The translations under genes were made by a program, and so were the position numbers. DNA of 64,000 nt from a virus (Duplodnaviria > Heunggongvirae > Uroviricota > Caudoviricetes), in IMG/VR virus record IMGVR_UViG_3300035703_000003; one strand, written 5' to 3'. Below are positions 18,228 through 28,402 of this stretch, piece by piece (position 1 is the first letter of the stretch; each line of letters begins with the position of its first letter). The notes beneath the pieces are model-generated. The model saw nothing but the letters and a program-made list of their open reading frames with translations, searched no databases and was not told the DNA's origin.

Positions 18228-20768
18228 TCACTCCATTACATAAACACGATAAGCGTCTTGTGACTTAGCCCATTTTGCGGCAGCTTTTTTCGCATCTGCA
18301 AAGCTACCTTGGAATTTAAATATCTCATCATCATCTGGCATGCCGTATTCACGTGTTGTAAACATCCACAGTGCAGAGTATCCAGGATCACGTGGTTTAC
18401 GACCATGCGATCTCATATGACGTGAGTAGTCTAATGTAACTGCTTCTTTTACTCTATCTTTTTTATCGTCTTTTTTATCAGCATTTTTTTGACTTTGCTC
18501 AATGCTTTTACGAATAATGTCTTGCGCTCGTGCCATTGCTCTTGCGTTGTGTCCTGACTTGGCTTTTGCTTCGGTTGAATTCCATTTGAGTCCACTGCTA
18601 GTAAAGACCCCTTCGTTACCGTCTTCACCGTCAATGACTTTTAATCCAATTGGATCTACTCCGTTTTTCTTAGCCATATCGATAAACTTTTGTTGCAACG
18701 GGTTGCCTGTTACATTTGCGCCGAAGTAATCATTCCATTGGTCTACTAATTTACCATCAACATATAGTTCTAGCATTGCAAAGTCTTCGCTGTAGTCGTA
18801 CCATTGCTTCATATAGGTACCTTCTTCAGCTTCGTCAAGTTCGACTTCTTCGTTTGCAAACACATATTCTTTACTAGCAATTCTTCTTTTTATTTCTTTT
18901 TCTGCTGATCTGTCGTGCTTGGCTACCTTCATTAACTTGTTGTGCGACCAGTTTTTAGCAGTAGCCGATTTATCAGATCTCCAATCAGCTTTTGTATCTG
19001 TCAGATTCTTACCGTAATATTCATCGTCGGCTGCTTTGCGACGCTTTGCATGGTCGCTGCTTTCTGCTACACCTTGATTTGAAGTTTTGCACTTAGGGCA
19101 AAAGCCGTTGTTCTTTTCCCATGCTTTAGCAGTTGATACTTCGTCGCACTTGACACAAGCAATTTTTTCTACGGCTTCGTTAAATGTTGATTCTTCTAAT
19201 TTAGAAATGTCGCCTTTTAGTAAGTCAAACTCTCTAGCAGCATCTGCAGCACCTTTGCCTGTGCGTTTCATCCATGCTTTTGCTTTTCTAATTGCGACTT
19301 GGCGCTTTTGTTCTGCACGGTTAACGGCTGCACCTAGTGTAGCTTTGTCTTCTTTCATATCACGAGTATTCTTCATACCGCTGTAGTCATTGTCCAGCTC
19401 TTTGAATTCTTCGTATGAAAGATACATATCAGTGTCACGGTCATAATATGAGCCTTCCTTTGGATCGTAGTAAACAACTTTACCACTTAGTGTCATGAAC
19501 GGACCTTCTAGGCCAGGAATTTCGTCATAACGTTCTTTATCAATGCTCTTTATTGTTTTATAACCTTCTTTTTGGACACTTTCGAATCCACGGGTGCTGC
19601 CATCCATTACACCAGGAGTTGGTGACATTTCACGACGGCCAACATTTGACGCTGGTCGTCTTTGTGGTCTTATACTAGTTGTTGGTGCAAGGTTTGAGCC
19701 TGCAGCGGGTGTGTTTGATTTTGTAAGGTTGTCAGGTCTTGCTTTCGGACCTGGTATATCTGTCATAAACTTGGCCCCTGCGCCCGGCTCTACTGCACCG
19801 CTTGGCCATTCATAGCCGCCGCCCGGTAAACTTCTGCCAGGTCTTGCAACCGGGCGTATACTAGTTTTTGGTGCTTCTTCTGTTGCTGCCATTGGTCTAG
19901 GCATTGGTCTCGCACTTGCTGCAGGTGCATTTGATTTTCTGTTAGCCATATTAGTTCCTACTCTTGTTCCTATTTGTGATCCAATTGATCCGCCGATCAT
20001 TCCGCCTACTGGACCTGCAATTGCGCTGCCTGCCATACGTCCAATTTGACCGCCTACCATAGATCCTACCATTCCTGGTCTTTGATTAGGCATTCCAGTT
20101 GACGATGCTGCTGTGGATTTTCTGATAACTGATGGATTCATTGTAGGAGTAGGAGCTTCTGACATCACAGTAGTAATCATTTGTGTAGTGTCTAGTGTAG
20201 GACCTTCGTTTAACTGTGACCACCCTGTAACATTAAATGTATCGTTTTCAAAGATAGTTAGCATACGAAGTCTATCTTTGTCGTTTGCAGTTAGATTGGG
20301 ATATGATTCAACAACTTGCTTCCAATCAGCAATGTGTGCTATTTCTTTAACAGCACTTTCTGATAAGTTACGCTTATTGTAGTATAAATTACTTTGTTCT
20401 TTAGCAACGCTTTCGCTTATTTGATTTTTTACAACAATATTGCTTACCATTTTAGCTTCAGAAACTTTTTTGTATTCGTCGAGAGCGGGCTTGAATCTTT
20501 TTAGAGTATTTTCATACTCTGCTAGCATACGATTGCTTTCTATAACATAAAGTTTGTTATTATCTTTGTATAAGTTAAGATATTCTAAAATACTGTTGTG
20601 CCAGTATGTTCTTGCAGTGTTCCATTTAATAAGACCATGTGCATAACATTCAAAAATGCTATACATATGTGCAGCTACTTTATGATAATCTCTGCCACTT
20701 TCTAAGTATAAAGCTCTGGACTTTTTACTTTCTTTTATAATTTCGTATGCTAATTCTAACTTTTTCAT
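18228..20768 (-). CDS. Large modular protein (Gly zipper, Pro-rich segment, Zn ribbon); putative processed virion polyprotein
   Basis: 846 aa with a mosaic of compositions and many [ILV]xE junctions; upstream TAAATA. Confidence 0.8.
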   Translation of the reverse strand: MKKLELAYEIIKESKKSRALYLESGRDYHKVAAHMYSIFECYAHGLIKWNTARTYWHNSILEYLNLYKDNNKLYVIESNRMLAEYENTLKRFKPALDEYKKVSEAKMVSNIVVKNQISESVAKEQSNLYYNKRNLSESAVKEIAHIADWKQVVESYPNLTANDKDRLRMLTIFENDTFNVTGWSQLNEGPTLDTTQMITTVMSEAPTPTMNPSVIRKSTAASSTGMPNQRPGMVGSMVGGQIGRMAGSAIAGPVGGMIGGSIGSQIGTRVGTNMANRKSNAPAASARPMPRPMAATEEAPKTSIRPVARPGRSLPGGGYEWPSGAVEPGAGAKFMTDIPGPKARPDNLTKSNTPAAGSNLAPTTSIRPQRRPASNVGRREMSPTPGVMDGSTRGFESVQKEGYKTIKSIDKERYDEIPGLEGPFMTLSGKVVYYDPKEGSYYDRDTDMYLSYEEFKELDNDYSGMKNTRDMKEDKATLGAAVNRAEQKRQVAIRKAKAWMKRTGKGAADAAREFDLLKGDISKLEESTFNEAVEKIACVKCDEVSTAKAWEKNNGFCPKCKTSNQGVAESSDHAKRRKAADDEYYGKNLTDTKADWRSDKSATAKNWSHNKLMKVAKHDRSAEKEIKRRIASKEYVFANEEVELDEAEEGTYMKQWYDYSEDFAMLELYVDGKLVDQWNDYFGANVTGNPLQQKFIDMAKKNGVDPIGLKVIDGEDGNEGVFTSSGLKWNSTEAKAKSGHNARAMARAQDIIRKSIEQSQKNADKKDDKKDRVKEAVTLDYSRHMRSHGRKPRDPGYSALWMFTTREYGMPDDDEIFKFQGSFADAKKAAAKWAKSQDAYRVYVME

Positions 20769-20814
20769 TTTTGTTTCCTGTGAACTTGTTATTATTTATT
20801 AAAATAGTCGATTA

Positions 20815-21990
20815 CTATTTGCCCGAAACAGTTCTCGATAATTCTAATGGATCGGCAATCGGTAATAATGGGGATTTCAAAGTAGGTATATTCAATCCGC
20901 CGCCGCCAGCTGGTCTTTTCCTTGTATTACCTGGAGGTGTATTTTGCGTTTGTGTTCTAGGCGCAGTTTGTGTTCCGGGTGTAGTTTGTGTTCCGGGTGT
21001 AGTTTGTGTTCCGGGTGTAGTTTGCGTTCTGGGTGCAGGTACTGGTGTGATAGGTGCTGTCCCTGGCGCAGGTACTGGTGTAATAGGTGCTGGTTCTGGT
21101 GTAATAGGTTCGGGTCCTGGTGCAGGCTCAGGTTCTCTTACTGGAGGTGTCTCTATTTCTGGTTCAGGTTCTCTTACTGGAGGTGTCTCTATTTCTGGTT
21201 CAGGATCTCTTACTGGAGGTGTCTCTATTTCTGGCGCCGGTGAATCAGGAATAATTACAGGCGGCTCGTTTGTATTTGGAGATTCTGGCGGTGCTGTCTG
21301 CGGTATAATTACAGGCGGCTCATCTTCTCTGGGTAGAACCGGCGGTTCGTCTCGGGTTGGTCCTTCTGGTGCCTCAGGTTCAAATGGCATGTCTTCGGGC
21401 CACCAGTCTGGTTGAGTTACAGGAATGTCAACAGGTTCTGCGTCGGGAGCAAATGCAGTAGTATCTCTAGACAATATTCTACTAGCTTCTTCTGCTGCGT
21501 TATACTCATCGGACTGTCTAGGGTCAGGCCAATTACCGTCTTCAATTTGTTGTTTTTCTACTTCTGACATTGCAGCAACACTTGCATTAACCATATCCAC
21601 GTATGCTTGTGGATTATTTTTTAGAAGATCTCGCTGAAATTCATATGCAATTTGTGCCGATGAACCCAGATATTCACTGCCCTCACCTGCGGGATCCGGA
21701 GTAAGTATTAATCCGATTGCGCCTAATGCCCTACCCAATACACCTTTAAATAATGATCCTGAATTAACTCTTACATTGGCTCCTGGTGCTGCGTTCATAT
21801 TTGCGGCTGCTTGACGAGCTAAATCTGGATTGTTATTTAAAAATTGAGTTAATGCGTTTTGAACGGAAGGTGGCTTCAAACTAGGATTTTGAGTTCCCAA
21901 AAAGTTAACAATCTGTGCAACATTTGGTGCAGCTTGCTCTGCTAACTTTTTTTTATCTTTATTGTTTTCAAACAACTCGTTTATACGCAT
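20815..21990 (-). CDS. Pro-rich repeat protein with MRINELFE tag; putative internal head protein
   Basis: N-terminal tag, PEIETPPVR and TQTTPG repeats; paralog of the next gene. Confidence 0.8.
   Translation of the reverse strand: MRINELFENNKDKKKLAEQAAPNVAQIVNFLGTQNPSLKPPSVQNALTQFLNNNPDLARQAAANMNAAPGANVRVNSGSLFKGVLGRALGAIGLILTPDPAGEGSEYLGSSAQIAYEFQRDLLKNNPQAYVDMVNASVAAMSEVEKQQIEDGNWPDPRQSDEYNAAEEASRILSRDTTAFAPDAEPVDIPVTQPDWWPEDMPFEPEAPEGPTRDEPPVLPREDEPPVIIPQTAPPESPNTNEPPVIIPDSPAPEIETPPVRDPEPEIETPPVREPEPEIETPPVREPEPAPGPEPITPEPAPITPVPAPGTAPITPVPAPRTQTTPGTQTTPGTQTTPGTQTAPRTQTQNTPPGNTRKRPAGGGGLNIPTLKSPLLPIADPLELSRTVSGK
20960..21235. repeat. In-frame coding tandem repeats (18-bp and 36-bp units)
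   Basis: (TQTTPG)n and (PEIETPPVR[D/E]PE)x3. Confidence 0.85.
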
Positions 21991-22033
21991 TTTTAGATTT
22001 CCTCGTTCGGTATATTATTAACTATTCTTTAGA

Positions 22034-23413
22034 TTATGGTCTATTAGGAACAACTCTCGATAATTCCAATGGATCGGCGATCGGTAATAACGGAGATTTC
22101 ATATAAAGAGTCGGCATGCCAAACCCTCGAGTAGTGCGAGGTTGTGAACGAGGTCGTGTGCGTTGTGTTGTGCGATTTCTTCCGTTGGGGTTATTTTTCG
22201 GATCACTCTTCGTTCTCAGATCGGGCTGTTCTAGCGGGTCAGTCTTACGTGATGGATCATTAAATCTTACTGGGGGATTAAACTCAGTTGATGGCAGTGG
22301 CTGAGTAATAGTTCCCGGCTCTGCTGCGGGGTCCGGAGTTTTTTCGTCTGGATCGCCTTGGTCATCGTCATCAGTTTGTGGGTTAAATGGCACTGGCCTT
22401 AGCGGCAACGGAAAAGTCGGTATATTTGTATCTGGCTTTGTCTCATCTGGCTTTGGCTTTATTTCTGCCGGCTTTGGATCTGTCTCTGCCGGCTTTGTTT
22501 CGTCCGGCTTTGGATCCGTCTCATCTGGCTTTGGTTCATCTGGCTTTGGATCCGTCTCATCTGGCTTTGTCTCATCTGGCTTTGGATCTGTCTCTGCTGG
22601 CTCTTCGTCTTCTTTATCAGGTTTTCGTGGAATCCAACGCACCGGTGGCGGAATACCATCATCTGGCTTCGGTTCGATTCGGTTCGGGCCGGGGGTATTG
22701 TCTGGCTCCGGGTCTGGTTTTTGTGGCTCTGGATCTTTTCGTGTCGGACTGTCAGGTGCATCTGGATTGTAAGGTATACCTTCAGGCCACCAATCTGGTT
22801 TGACATCTGGTTTAGGAATTGTTATAGGGTCGTCTGGATAAGGTGTTGCAGGAGCATCAGGTGCATCCGGTTCTATTACTGGTGCATCGGGCTCTATTAC
22901 TGGTGCATCCGGTTCTTTTACAGGTGCTTCAAATCTTGATATTGTATTCCAGGCAGAAATAGCATTTCTCTGTGCAGGAGTTAGTTTAGTTGTCTCTGTA
23001 TTTTTTATGCTATCTAAATAGTCTTGTATGTTATCTATATCAATCTCTTTAGAATTTTGTAGTGCAGAAAATGTATTAACTGCCGTTTGAGATAACTTAT
23101 CAATAAATTCTTTATTAGCTTTTTTAGTTTCAGCATCATAATCAACATCTGGACCGGATATGTAATTATAGAGATTCACAAAGGCCTTTAATACACCGCC
23201 ATGCTTCCCTACATTACGTATTAGTGCCCGACGGCCTGCATACCCGAGTCCAAATGCTATTAATTCTAGTGTGCCTGCGATAATAGGTGGTACCGCTGCT
23301 ACCGCATACTCGTTAAGTTGACGACCTTCAGTTAATGAGGATTTTTTAGCGATCTTATTGCTCTTAATCGATTCATTTATGTTTTTTGTTTTGTTAAGAT
23401 CGCTTATACGCAT
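22034..23413 (-). CDS. Pro/Asp/Glu/Lys repeat protein with MRISDL tag; putative internal head protein
   Basis: Start reassigned to 23413 (GAGG RBS). C-terminal KSPLLPIADPLELSR is shared with the neighbour. Confidence 0.8.
   Translation of the reverse strand: MRISDLNKTKNINESIKSNKIAKKSSLTEGRQLNEYAVAAVPPIIAGTLELIAFGLGYAGRRALIRNVGKHGGVLKAFVNLYNYISGPDVDYDAETKKANKEFIDKLSQTAVNTFSALQNSKEIDIDNIQDYLDSIKNTETTKLTPAQRNAISAWNTISRFEAPVKEPDAPVIEPDAPVIEPDAPDAPATPYPDDPITIPKPDVKPDWWPEGIPYNPDAPDSPTRKDPEPQKPDPEPDNTPGPNRIEPKPDDGIPPPVRWIPRKPDKEDEEPAETDPKPDETKPDETDPKPDEPKPDETDPKPDETKPAETDPKPAEIKPKPDETKPDTNIPTFPLPLRPVPFNPQTDDDDQGDPDEKTPDPAAEPGTITQPLPSTEFNPPVRFNDPSRKTDPLEQPDLRTKSDPKNNPNGRNRTTQRTRPRSQPRTTRGFGMPTLYMKSPLLPIADPLELSRVVPNRP
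22430..22600. repeat. In-frame coding tandem repeats (ETDPKPDETKPD-like, 36-bp)
   Basis: Repeated tctggctttg/gatc units. Confidence 0.85.
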
Positions 23414-23414
23414 T

Positions 23415-23867
23415 TTAGATTTCCTCGGCTGGCAAGTCGTTAACAATTTGAGCAGGATATTCGTTCATTGCAAGATATTCCATATAATTTCTTACACTGT
23501 TGATATAATCTGATGCTTTAGTGATTTTTGATTGCACCCAAGGTTCTAAATTGTCAGTGTCTTGTATCATACCGTGTAACTGAATTGCATCTTTTGCAAG
23601 TTTGTATAACTCGCTCTTTGCCATCCAACCATCTTCGTCACCGTCATCTAATACGCCTTCCATGATTTCACTCATGTAAACTACTGGCTCACGACCTTCT
23701 TTTAGTTCTGCGCTGTGACGCTTCATCCAGGCTTTTGCAACATCGATGTCTTCGAACACTTTACGTTCGACGCCATTGATGTCTAATACTTTATATGTGT
23801 TAGCACTTTCTTTAATTAACATTGGTGTAGCAATGACTTTTGCTGTTTGAATTTTATCTAGTCTCAT
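23415..23867 (-). CDS. Putative internal head protein
   Basis: MRLDKI start; LEPWVQSKITKASDYI module; internal IKE/LKE/IME sites. Confidence 0.7.
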   Translation of the reverse strand: MRLDKIQTAKVIATPMLIKESANTYKVLDINGVERKVFEDIDVAKAWMKRHSAELKEGREPVVYMSEIMEGVLDDGDEDGWMAKSELYKLAKDAIQLHGMIQDTDNLEPWVQSKITKASDYINSVRNYMEYLAMNEYPAQIVNDLPAEEI

Positions 23868-24067
23868 GGGACTCTCCGAATCATATTTGTGTATACTGGG
23901 GATTGAACTGTAGCATCCTTGCTTTCAAGTCCGACAGCTTTGCGGGCAGCTTTGTGATGTGCTTTGCCTTTTTTACCTGTGAATAGAGGCATTGCAACGG
24001 CAGCAATACTACCTGCTCCTGTTGCACCTGCGCTTGCTTCTTCTTTTACAATTTCCCAGACTTTCAT
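23864..24067 (-). CDS. Small tagged protein (MKVWEIVKEE)
   Basis: Tag followed by ASAGATGAGSIA; upstream TAAATA. Confidence 0.7.
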   Translation of the reverse strand: MKVWEIVKEEASAGATGAGSIAAVAMPLFTGKKGKAHHKAARKAVGLESKDATVQSPVYTNMIRRVP

Positions 24068-24124
24068 ATACTTATTTATTCAGGTATAAGTATTTGATAT
24101 ATTACAAATCTTTAAGGACAACGC

Positions 24125-25201
24125 ATGAAAATAGCTATAATGTTAACCGGGCTTTTAATAGATAAGGTTGACACCCTGCCACATATTAAAAAAATGTTTG
24201 ATTACATAGCGGCAAAGAATAATTTAGCAATTGATTATTATTGCCACTTTTGGGCTCCGGAAAACATGTATCCATACCATATCGACTATCATGCAACAAA
24301 AATTGCTGTTCCGTGGGAAAATCAAGGTAGTATAAATCACGCAATAGATATTTTTAAACCAATAAGTTATAAGGTAAGCAAATATTCAGAGATATTGCCG
24401 TATTTTGAAAATTATACAATTAGCTTATCAAAACATGACAAATGGCTAAACGAGGCGTTTAGTGATGCAGAGATGTTTGTCAATCACAACATACACAAAA
24501 GATTCTTTGTAGATAATTTTGAAGACCCCATTACTATATTCAACAAATGGTGGACTTATCATATTAACTGGTGTCAGTTTATTCATTATACTGCTCAGGT
24601 ATACAGTGTAAGTGAATTGATGAAAATAGTATCATCTAGCAACACAGATTATGATGCTGTTATAAAATGGAGATTTGATGTACTGTTCGATTATAAAAGT
24701 TTCGAATCGATGATAGTTGATCTCATTCGTAATATTAAGGATGATAATGCATTATATACAGAACTCGCTTGGGAGGGAATACAATGGACAGCCGATCTGA
24801 GATCGGATATTAATAATGTCGATAATAAACTAATAAGCCTACACGATGGCTGGTGGATAACAAACAAAGAAGTTAATAAAATCATGGCTAATAATTATCT
24901 CAACTGTTATATGTCGGACATGTGTAACACAGTAGGAAAAGAAGCTGGAACACACACATGGCATTATAACGGCGTAGTTAAGTGTGGTCTATATATTAAA
25001 TTAATTGGTAGAATAAATCATACAATCATAAGATTTCCTGCTAAAATACCACACGACTGGCACGAAAATACATCTAGTTATTATCCTCACTTATGGAATT
25101 CGCAATTTATCGCCAAAAAAGATAGTGATTTTAAAATGTCTTTACAATATTGGGACAAACGATCTCAATATTATACTATAAAACATTTTGATTTTTATTA
25201 A
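24125..25201 (+). CDS. Putative glycosyltransferase-like protein
   Basis: MKIAIMLTG...YDAVIKWRFD; AGGA RBS; related to the convergent neighbour. Confidence 0.6.
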   Translation: MKIAIMLTGLLIDKVDTLPHIKKMFDYIAAKNNLAIDYYCHFWAPENMYPYHIDYHATKIAVPWENQGSINHAIDIFKPISYKVSKYSEILPYFENYTISLSKHDKWLNEAFSDAEMFVNHNIHKRFFVDNFEDPITIFNKWWTYHINWCQFIHYTAQVYSVSELMKIVSSSNTDYDAVIKWRFDVLFDYKSFESMIVDLIRNIKDDNALYTELAWEGIQWTADLRSDINNVDNKLISLHDGWWITNKEVNKIMANNYLNCYMSDMCNTVGKEAGTHTWHYNGVVKCGLYIKLIGRINHTIIRFPAKIPHDWHENTSSYYPHLWNSQFIAKKDSDFKMSLQYWDKRSQYYTIKHFDFY

Positions 25202-26054
25202 AATTTTCATAATCTTCTTTTAGTAACTTAAAAGTCATTTGACTCATATCGTGGTTATTCCTTAACACTGTTGAATCAAACGCAGTAGGCCATGTTACCG
25301 AAAAACTTAACCAGTTAGTTTTACTATACGCACTTGTTTTCATCCATACCCAGTGTTGTAATATTGATTTGTAGTCTCCGACTTTTAAATCATAAAACAA
25401 TGGTTTGTGCTCTGTTACCAACTTAAAACAATGTTCTTTAAGATTTTTGCTATAGTTATACCAAGGCGTCGGTAAAGAAATAAAGCAAAAATCTCCGATG
25501 TGTGGAGTTCCGCTTTCAATGTATAACCATGGTGCCATTACTTTATCTCTAAACACTGGATTTCTGTGCATATTACTAAATGCTGCTAGCCATTCAGATT
25601 CTGAAATGTTATTTAATATAGTATCACTCCGGGTTCGCAAGACAACATCGTACATACCTTCTAAATTACCGGTCATTGAGGTCATGCCGTTGATAGCTAA
25701 GTATTGTCCGAAAAAATTAAAGCTATAGTCTGATATATGAGCTTCGTTAGTTTCAAATAAAATACTATGCCTTACGTTGTCAGGAATAAGATCTAAGTAA
25801 CGATTATCCTTAACATTATACGCTTTTACATTTCTGATAAACTCAGTCATAACGCTTTTGTAATCAGCGACATGATAACGAACAGGAGCGTATGTGTTTT
25901 CGATACGTTGTTTTAGATTCGGAGAACCGTCGTCCCAAAAATAGCAATAATAATCAACCTTTATATTATTATTTGCAAATACTTTATTTTTATACCACCA
26001 AGAGCCTTCTTCTAAGAATCTCGGTTGACCAGTGACTAGTATTGCTACCCGCAT
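25176..26054 (-). CDS. Putative glycosyltransferase-like protein
   Basis: MRVAILVTGQPR...YDVVLRTRSD. Confidence 0.6.
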   Translation of the reverse strand: MRVAILVTGQPRFLEEGSWWYKNKVFANNNIKVDYYCYFWDDGSPNLKQRIENTYAPVRYHVADYKSVMTEFIRNVKAYNVKDNRYLDLIPDNVRHSILFETNEAHISDYSFNFFGQYLAINGMTSMTGNLEGMYDVVLRTRSDTILNNISESEWLAAFSNMHRNPVFRDKVMAPWLYIESGTPHIGDFCFISLPTPWYNYSKNLKEHCFKLVTEHKPLFYDLKVGDYKSILQHWVWMKTSAYSKTNWLSFSVTWPTAFDSTVLRNNHDMSQMTFKLLKEDYENFNKNQNVL

Positions 26055-26062
26055 ATAACCTC

Positions 26063-27253
26063 TTAATTTAACGGCAATTCGGGATTCGGTGTTGTGAAGT
26101 TCTTTTTACGCATTACTGTTTTAGCAACTAAGTCTAGCACTTGACTGTGTGAATCCCAATTTAACACAAAAGGAACGTTAATATCAGAACGCATGTCCTT
26201 GATAACAGCTTGTGCATCAGGACCCATTTGTGCAATCTTTTTACCATAATTAATATACGTGTCTTTGAATAAAATTGCAAGTTCTTTTATTGTGATTTGT
26301 TTCATGTTTCTTTCATCGTTAACACGGTCAAGGAAGTGACGTGTAAATTCTACGTCAATGCCTAACTTTCTAAACAGTTGGTCTAGATACTTTTCTAGTG
26401 TGTCTAACTGAACTTGTGTAATTTGCGGATTGTCTTCTTCATTTATGCCGTATTTGCTTACATATAGTTTTTCTAATTCACGTGGACTTAATCCAGCTGC
26501 GAAACTGTTTGCGATACGGAATGCATAATCACCTAACGAATGTCTTTCGCCCTTGCTTTTTACAAGTCTATGCATTGCTTCTAGTGCTGCATTGATTAGT
26601 TTTTCTTTTGCTTTTACGTTATATTCTTCTCTGTTCATTTCGCTTACATCTCTCACTGTTCTGATGCTACCATCATGGTTTACGAAATATGCTGAAAATT
26701 TCACATTAGGATATTCTTGTTGTAGTTTGTTAAACACTTTCAAGTTAGTCATACTATCGTCATACATTCTAACACGACCGTATTTTCCCGTATCCAAATA
26801 ACGTCTTACAAAAACAGCTTTTTTCTCTGCAGGTATTGCATTACTTCTAATATTACCCGCTCTATGCACATGTATTAAGTCTATATTAATACCATGTTGT
26901 CTAAATGTATCTAGGAAAAGATCTTTGTCATCGAAATCTTCTCTTGCAGTTAACATAATAACTTTACTATCGCCTGCGTTCTGCAATATAGCATTTAGTT
27001 TTGCTATCATTGGTTTCATAGGCTCGCTTTCTTTATTAAACTTCTCTGCATTTCTGAATTCGCCAAAGTCAAACTCTTCGCCGGGCTGCAATTCATAATT
27101 GTTGAATTGTTGATTGTCTAATGTTTTTACTACATTACCATCCTTTACTACTTTTATCTTAGCAGTAGTATGGAATAATGTATCATCAATATCAAATATG
27201 GTTAATCCTAAGTTAGAATCACCATAAGCCTCGAAAAGTTCTTTTAATCTCAT
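26063..27253 (-). CDS. Tagged (MRLKELFE) HAD phosphatase fused to further modules
   Basis: IFDIDDTLF, LTAR, K and YDD HAD motifs; C-terminal FTRHFLDRVNDERN module. Confidence 0.8.
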   Translation of the reverse strand: MRLKELFEAYGDSNLGLTIFDIDDTLFHTTAKIKVVKDGNVVKTLDNQQFNNYELQPGEEFDFGEFRNAEKFNKESEPMKPMIAKLNAILQNAGDSKVIMLTAREDFDDKDLFLDTFRQHGINIDLIHVHRAGNIRSNAIPAEKKAVFVRRYLDTGKYGRVRMYDDSMTNLKVFNKLQQEYPNVKFSAYFVNHDGSIRTVRDVSEMNREEYNVKAKEKLINAALEAMHRLVKSKGERHSLGDYAFRIANSFAAGLSPRELEKLYVSKYGINEEDNPQITQVQLDTLEKYLDQLFRKLGIDVEFTRHFLDRVNDERNMKQITIKELAILFKDTYINYGKKIAQMGPDAQAVIKDMRSDINVPFVLNWDSHSQVLDLVAKTVMRKKNFTTPNPELPLN

Positions 27254-27266
27254 TTATCTAAATCCT

Positions 27267-28166
27267 TTAACGGCGTGTTGTGTTTGATGGCGGTGTCAAC
27301 GGTCTAGATGTGCCGCCAGGTCTTGCGGCTTGACCTGGACCTGCTACTGTTCCGCTTGGATTGAATCTCGGAGTTCCGGGTAATGGATTTGGATTTATTG
27401 TTCCCCCAGGTCTTGCGGCTTGACCTGGACCTGCTACTGTTCCGCTTGGATTGAATCTCGGAGTTCCGGGTAATGGATTTGGATTTATTGTTCCCCCAGG
27501 TCTTGCGGCTTGACCTGGACCTGCTACTGTTCCGCTTGGATTGAATCGTGTAGGTGGTACATTACTGCTAGCTGGTGGTCTTGCTGCGTCTAAGCCATCT
27601 TGATAACCACGTCTACGTTGTAATTCTGTGTTGCCGTCTCCTCGCCCGCCTGTTGCTGGACTAGCTGCTGGCATACTACCCTGGGCGCCAACTGTTGGTC
27701 TTGCTCCGCCTTGCGCTCTGTTTAACGCAGACATAGTTTGATCACCGGCAATTCCGTCTACTTGTAAACCAAAATCTGTTTGAAATTGTTTAACCGCGGC
27801 GGCAGTTCTTGGACCAAATTTTCCATCTGCTCCGGTGTCTCCAAGATCATAACCTTTGTCTATCAACATTTGTTGAAGGCCGCTTACATCAGAACCAGAC
27901 GAGCCACGTCTTAGATTTGAAGTAGTTGTCCCAGGAGCTCGTACACCTGTGGGTGCTCCACTAGTCGATTGATCAGGTCTAGTTGGTTGTCCCCGAGTTA
28001 TAGGCCCGCTAACTTCTTGGCCTGGTCTAGCTGGTAATCCTCTGAATACAGGCCCGCCAGGTCTTGCACTTTGTCCTGGTCCAGCCACTGTTCCGTCGGG
28101 ATTAAAATTCGGAGTTCCCCTGCCGGCAGGTAATGCTGGTCTTTCAAATAAATCTTTCAATCTCAT
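27267..28166 (-). CDS. Tagged (MRLKDLFE) peptidoglycan-binding domain protein with 30-aa repeats
   Basis: LRRGSSG...DGKFGPRT...VDGIAG PG-binding domain. Confidence 0.85.
   Translation of the reverse strand: MRLKDLFERPALPAGRGTPNFNPDGTVAGPGQSARPGGPVFRGLPARPGQEVSGPITRGQPTRPDQSTSGAPTGVRAPGTTTSNLRRGSSGSDVSGLQQMLIDKGYDLGDTGADGKFGPRTAAAVKQFQTDFGLQVDGIAGDQTMSALNRAQGGARPTVGAQGSMPAASPATGGRGDGNTELQRRRGYQDGLDAARPPASSNVPPTRFNPSGTVAGPGQAARPGGTINPNPLPGTPRFNPSGTVAGPGQAARPGGTINPNPLPGTPRFNPSGTVAGPGQAARPGGTSRPLTPPSNTTRR
27316..27548. repeat. Near-perfect 90-bp coding tandem repeat (about 2.6 copies)
   Basis: Units start at 27316, 27406 and 27496 and encode PRFNPSGTVAGPGQAARPGGTINPNPLPGT. Confidence 0.9.
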
Positions 28167-28402
28167 TTTGTTTTTTTCTCCCGGACCAGATCGTCCTTGT
28201 ATTCTTCTATGTAGTATTCTAGTGATTTATCACCACTACATATTTCAAAGTTTTCATTATTTATTGTTTTGCCTCTTATAAGATTTTTAGTTTTTTTGTC
28301 AATACTCTTAACATGTATTACCATGTCCTTATCCTGATGCTTATAATAAATTATATGCTGCGGATTAAAGTATCTCCAAATCTTTTTAAAAAACAATTTC
28401 AT
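28163..28402 (-). CDS. Hypothetical protein
   Basis: ATGA overlaps on both sides. Confidence 0.65.
   Translation of the reverse strand: MKLFFKKIWRYFNPQHIIYYKHQDKDMVIHVKSIDKKTKNLIRGKTINNENFEICSGDKSLEYYIEEYKDDLVREKKTK

Noticed and set aside
20747-22939. Plus-strand ORFs rich in Cys/Trp/Gly/Leu (e.g. 20944-21243, 20747-21415, 22387-22803)
   Set aside because: These are antisense shadows of the Pro-rich repeat genes, with no RBS or promoter support.
27316-27548. CRISPR-like array
   Set aside because: The intervening sequences are identical rather than unique spacers, the 90-bp period is in frame inside a CDS, and no cas genes are present.
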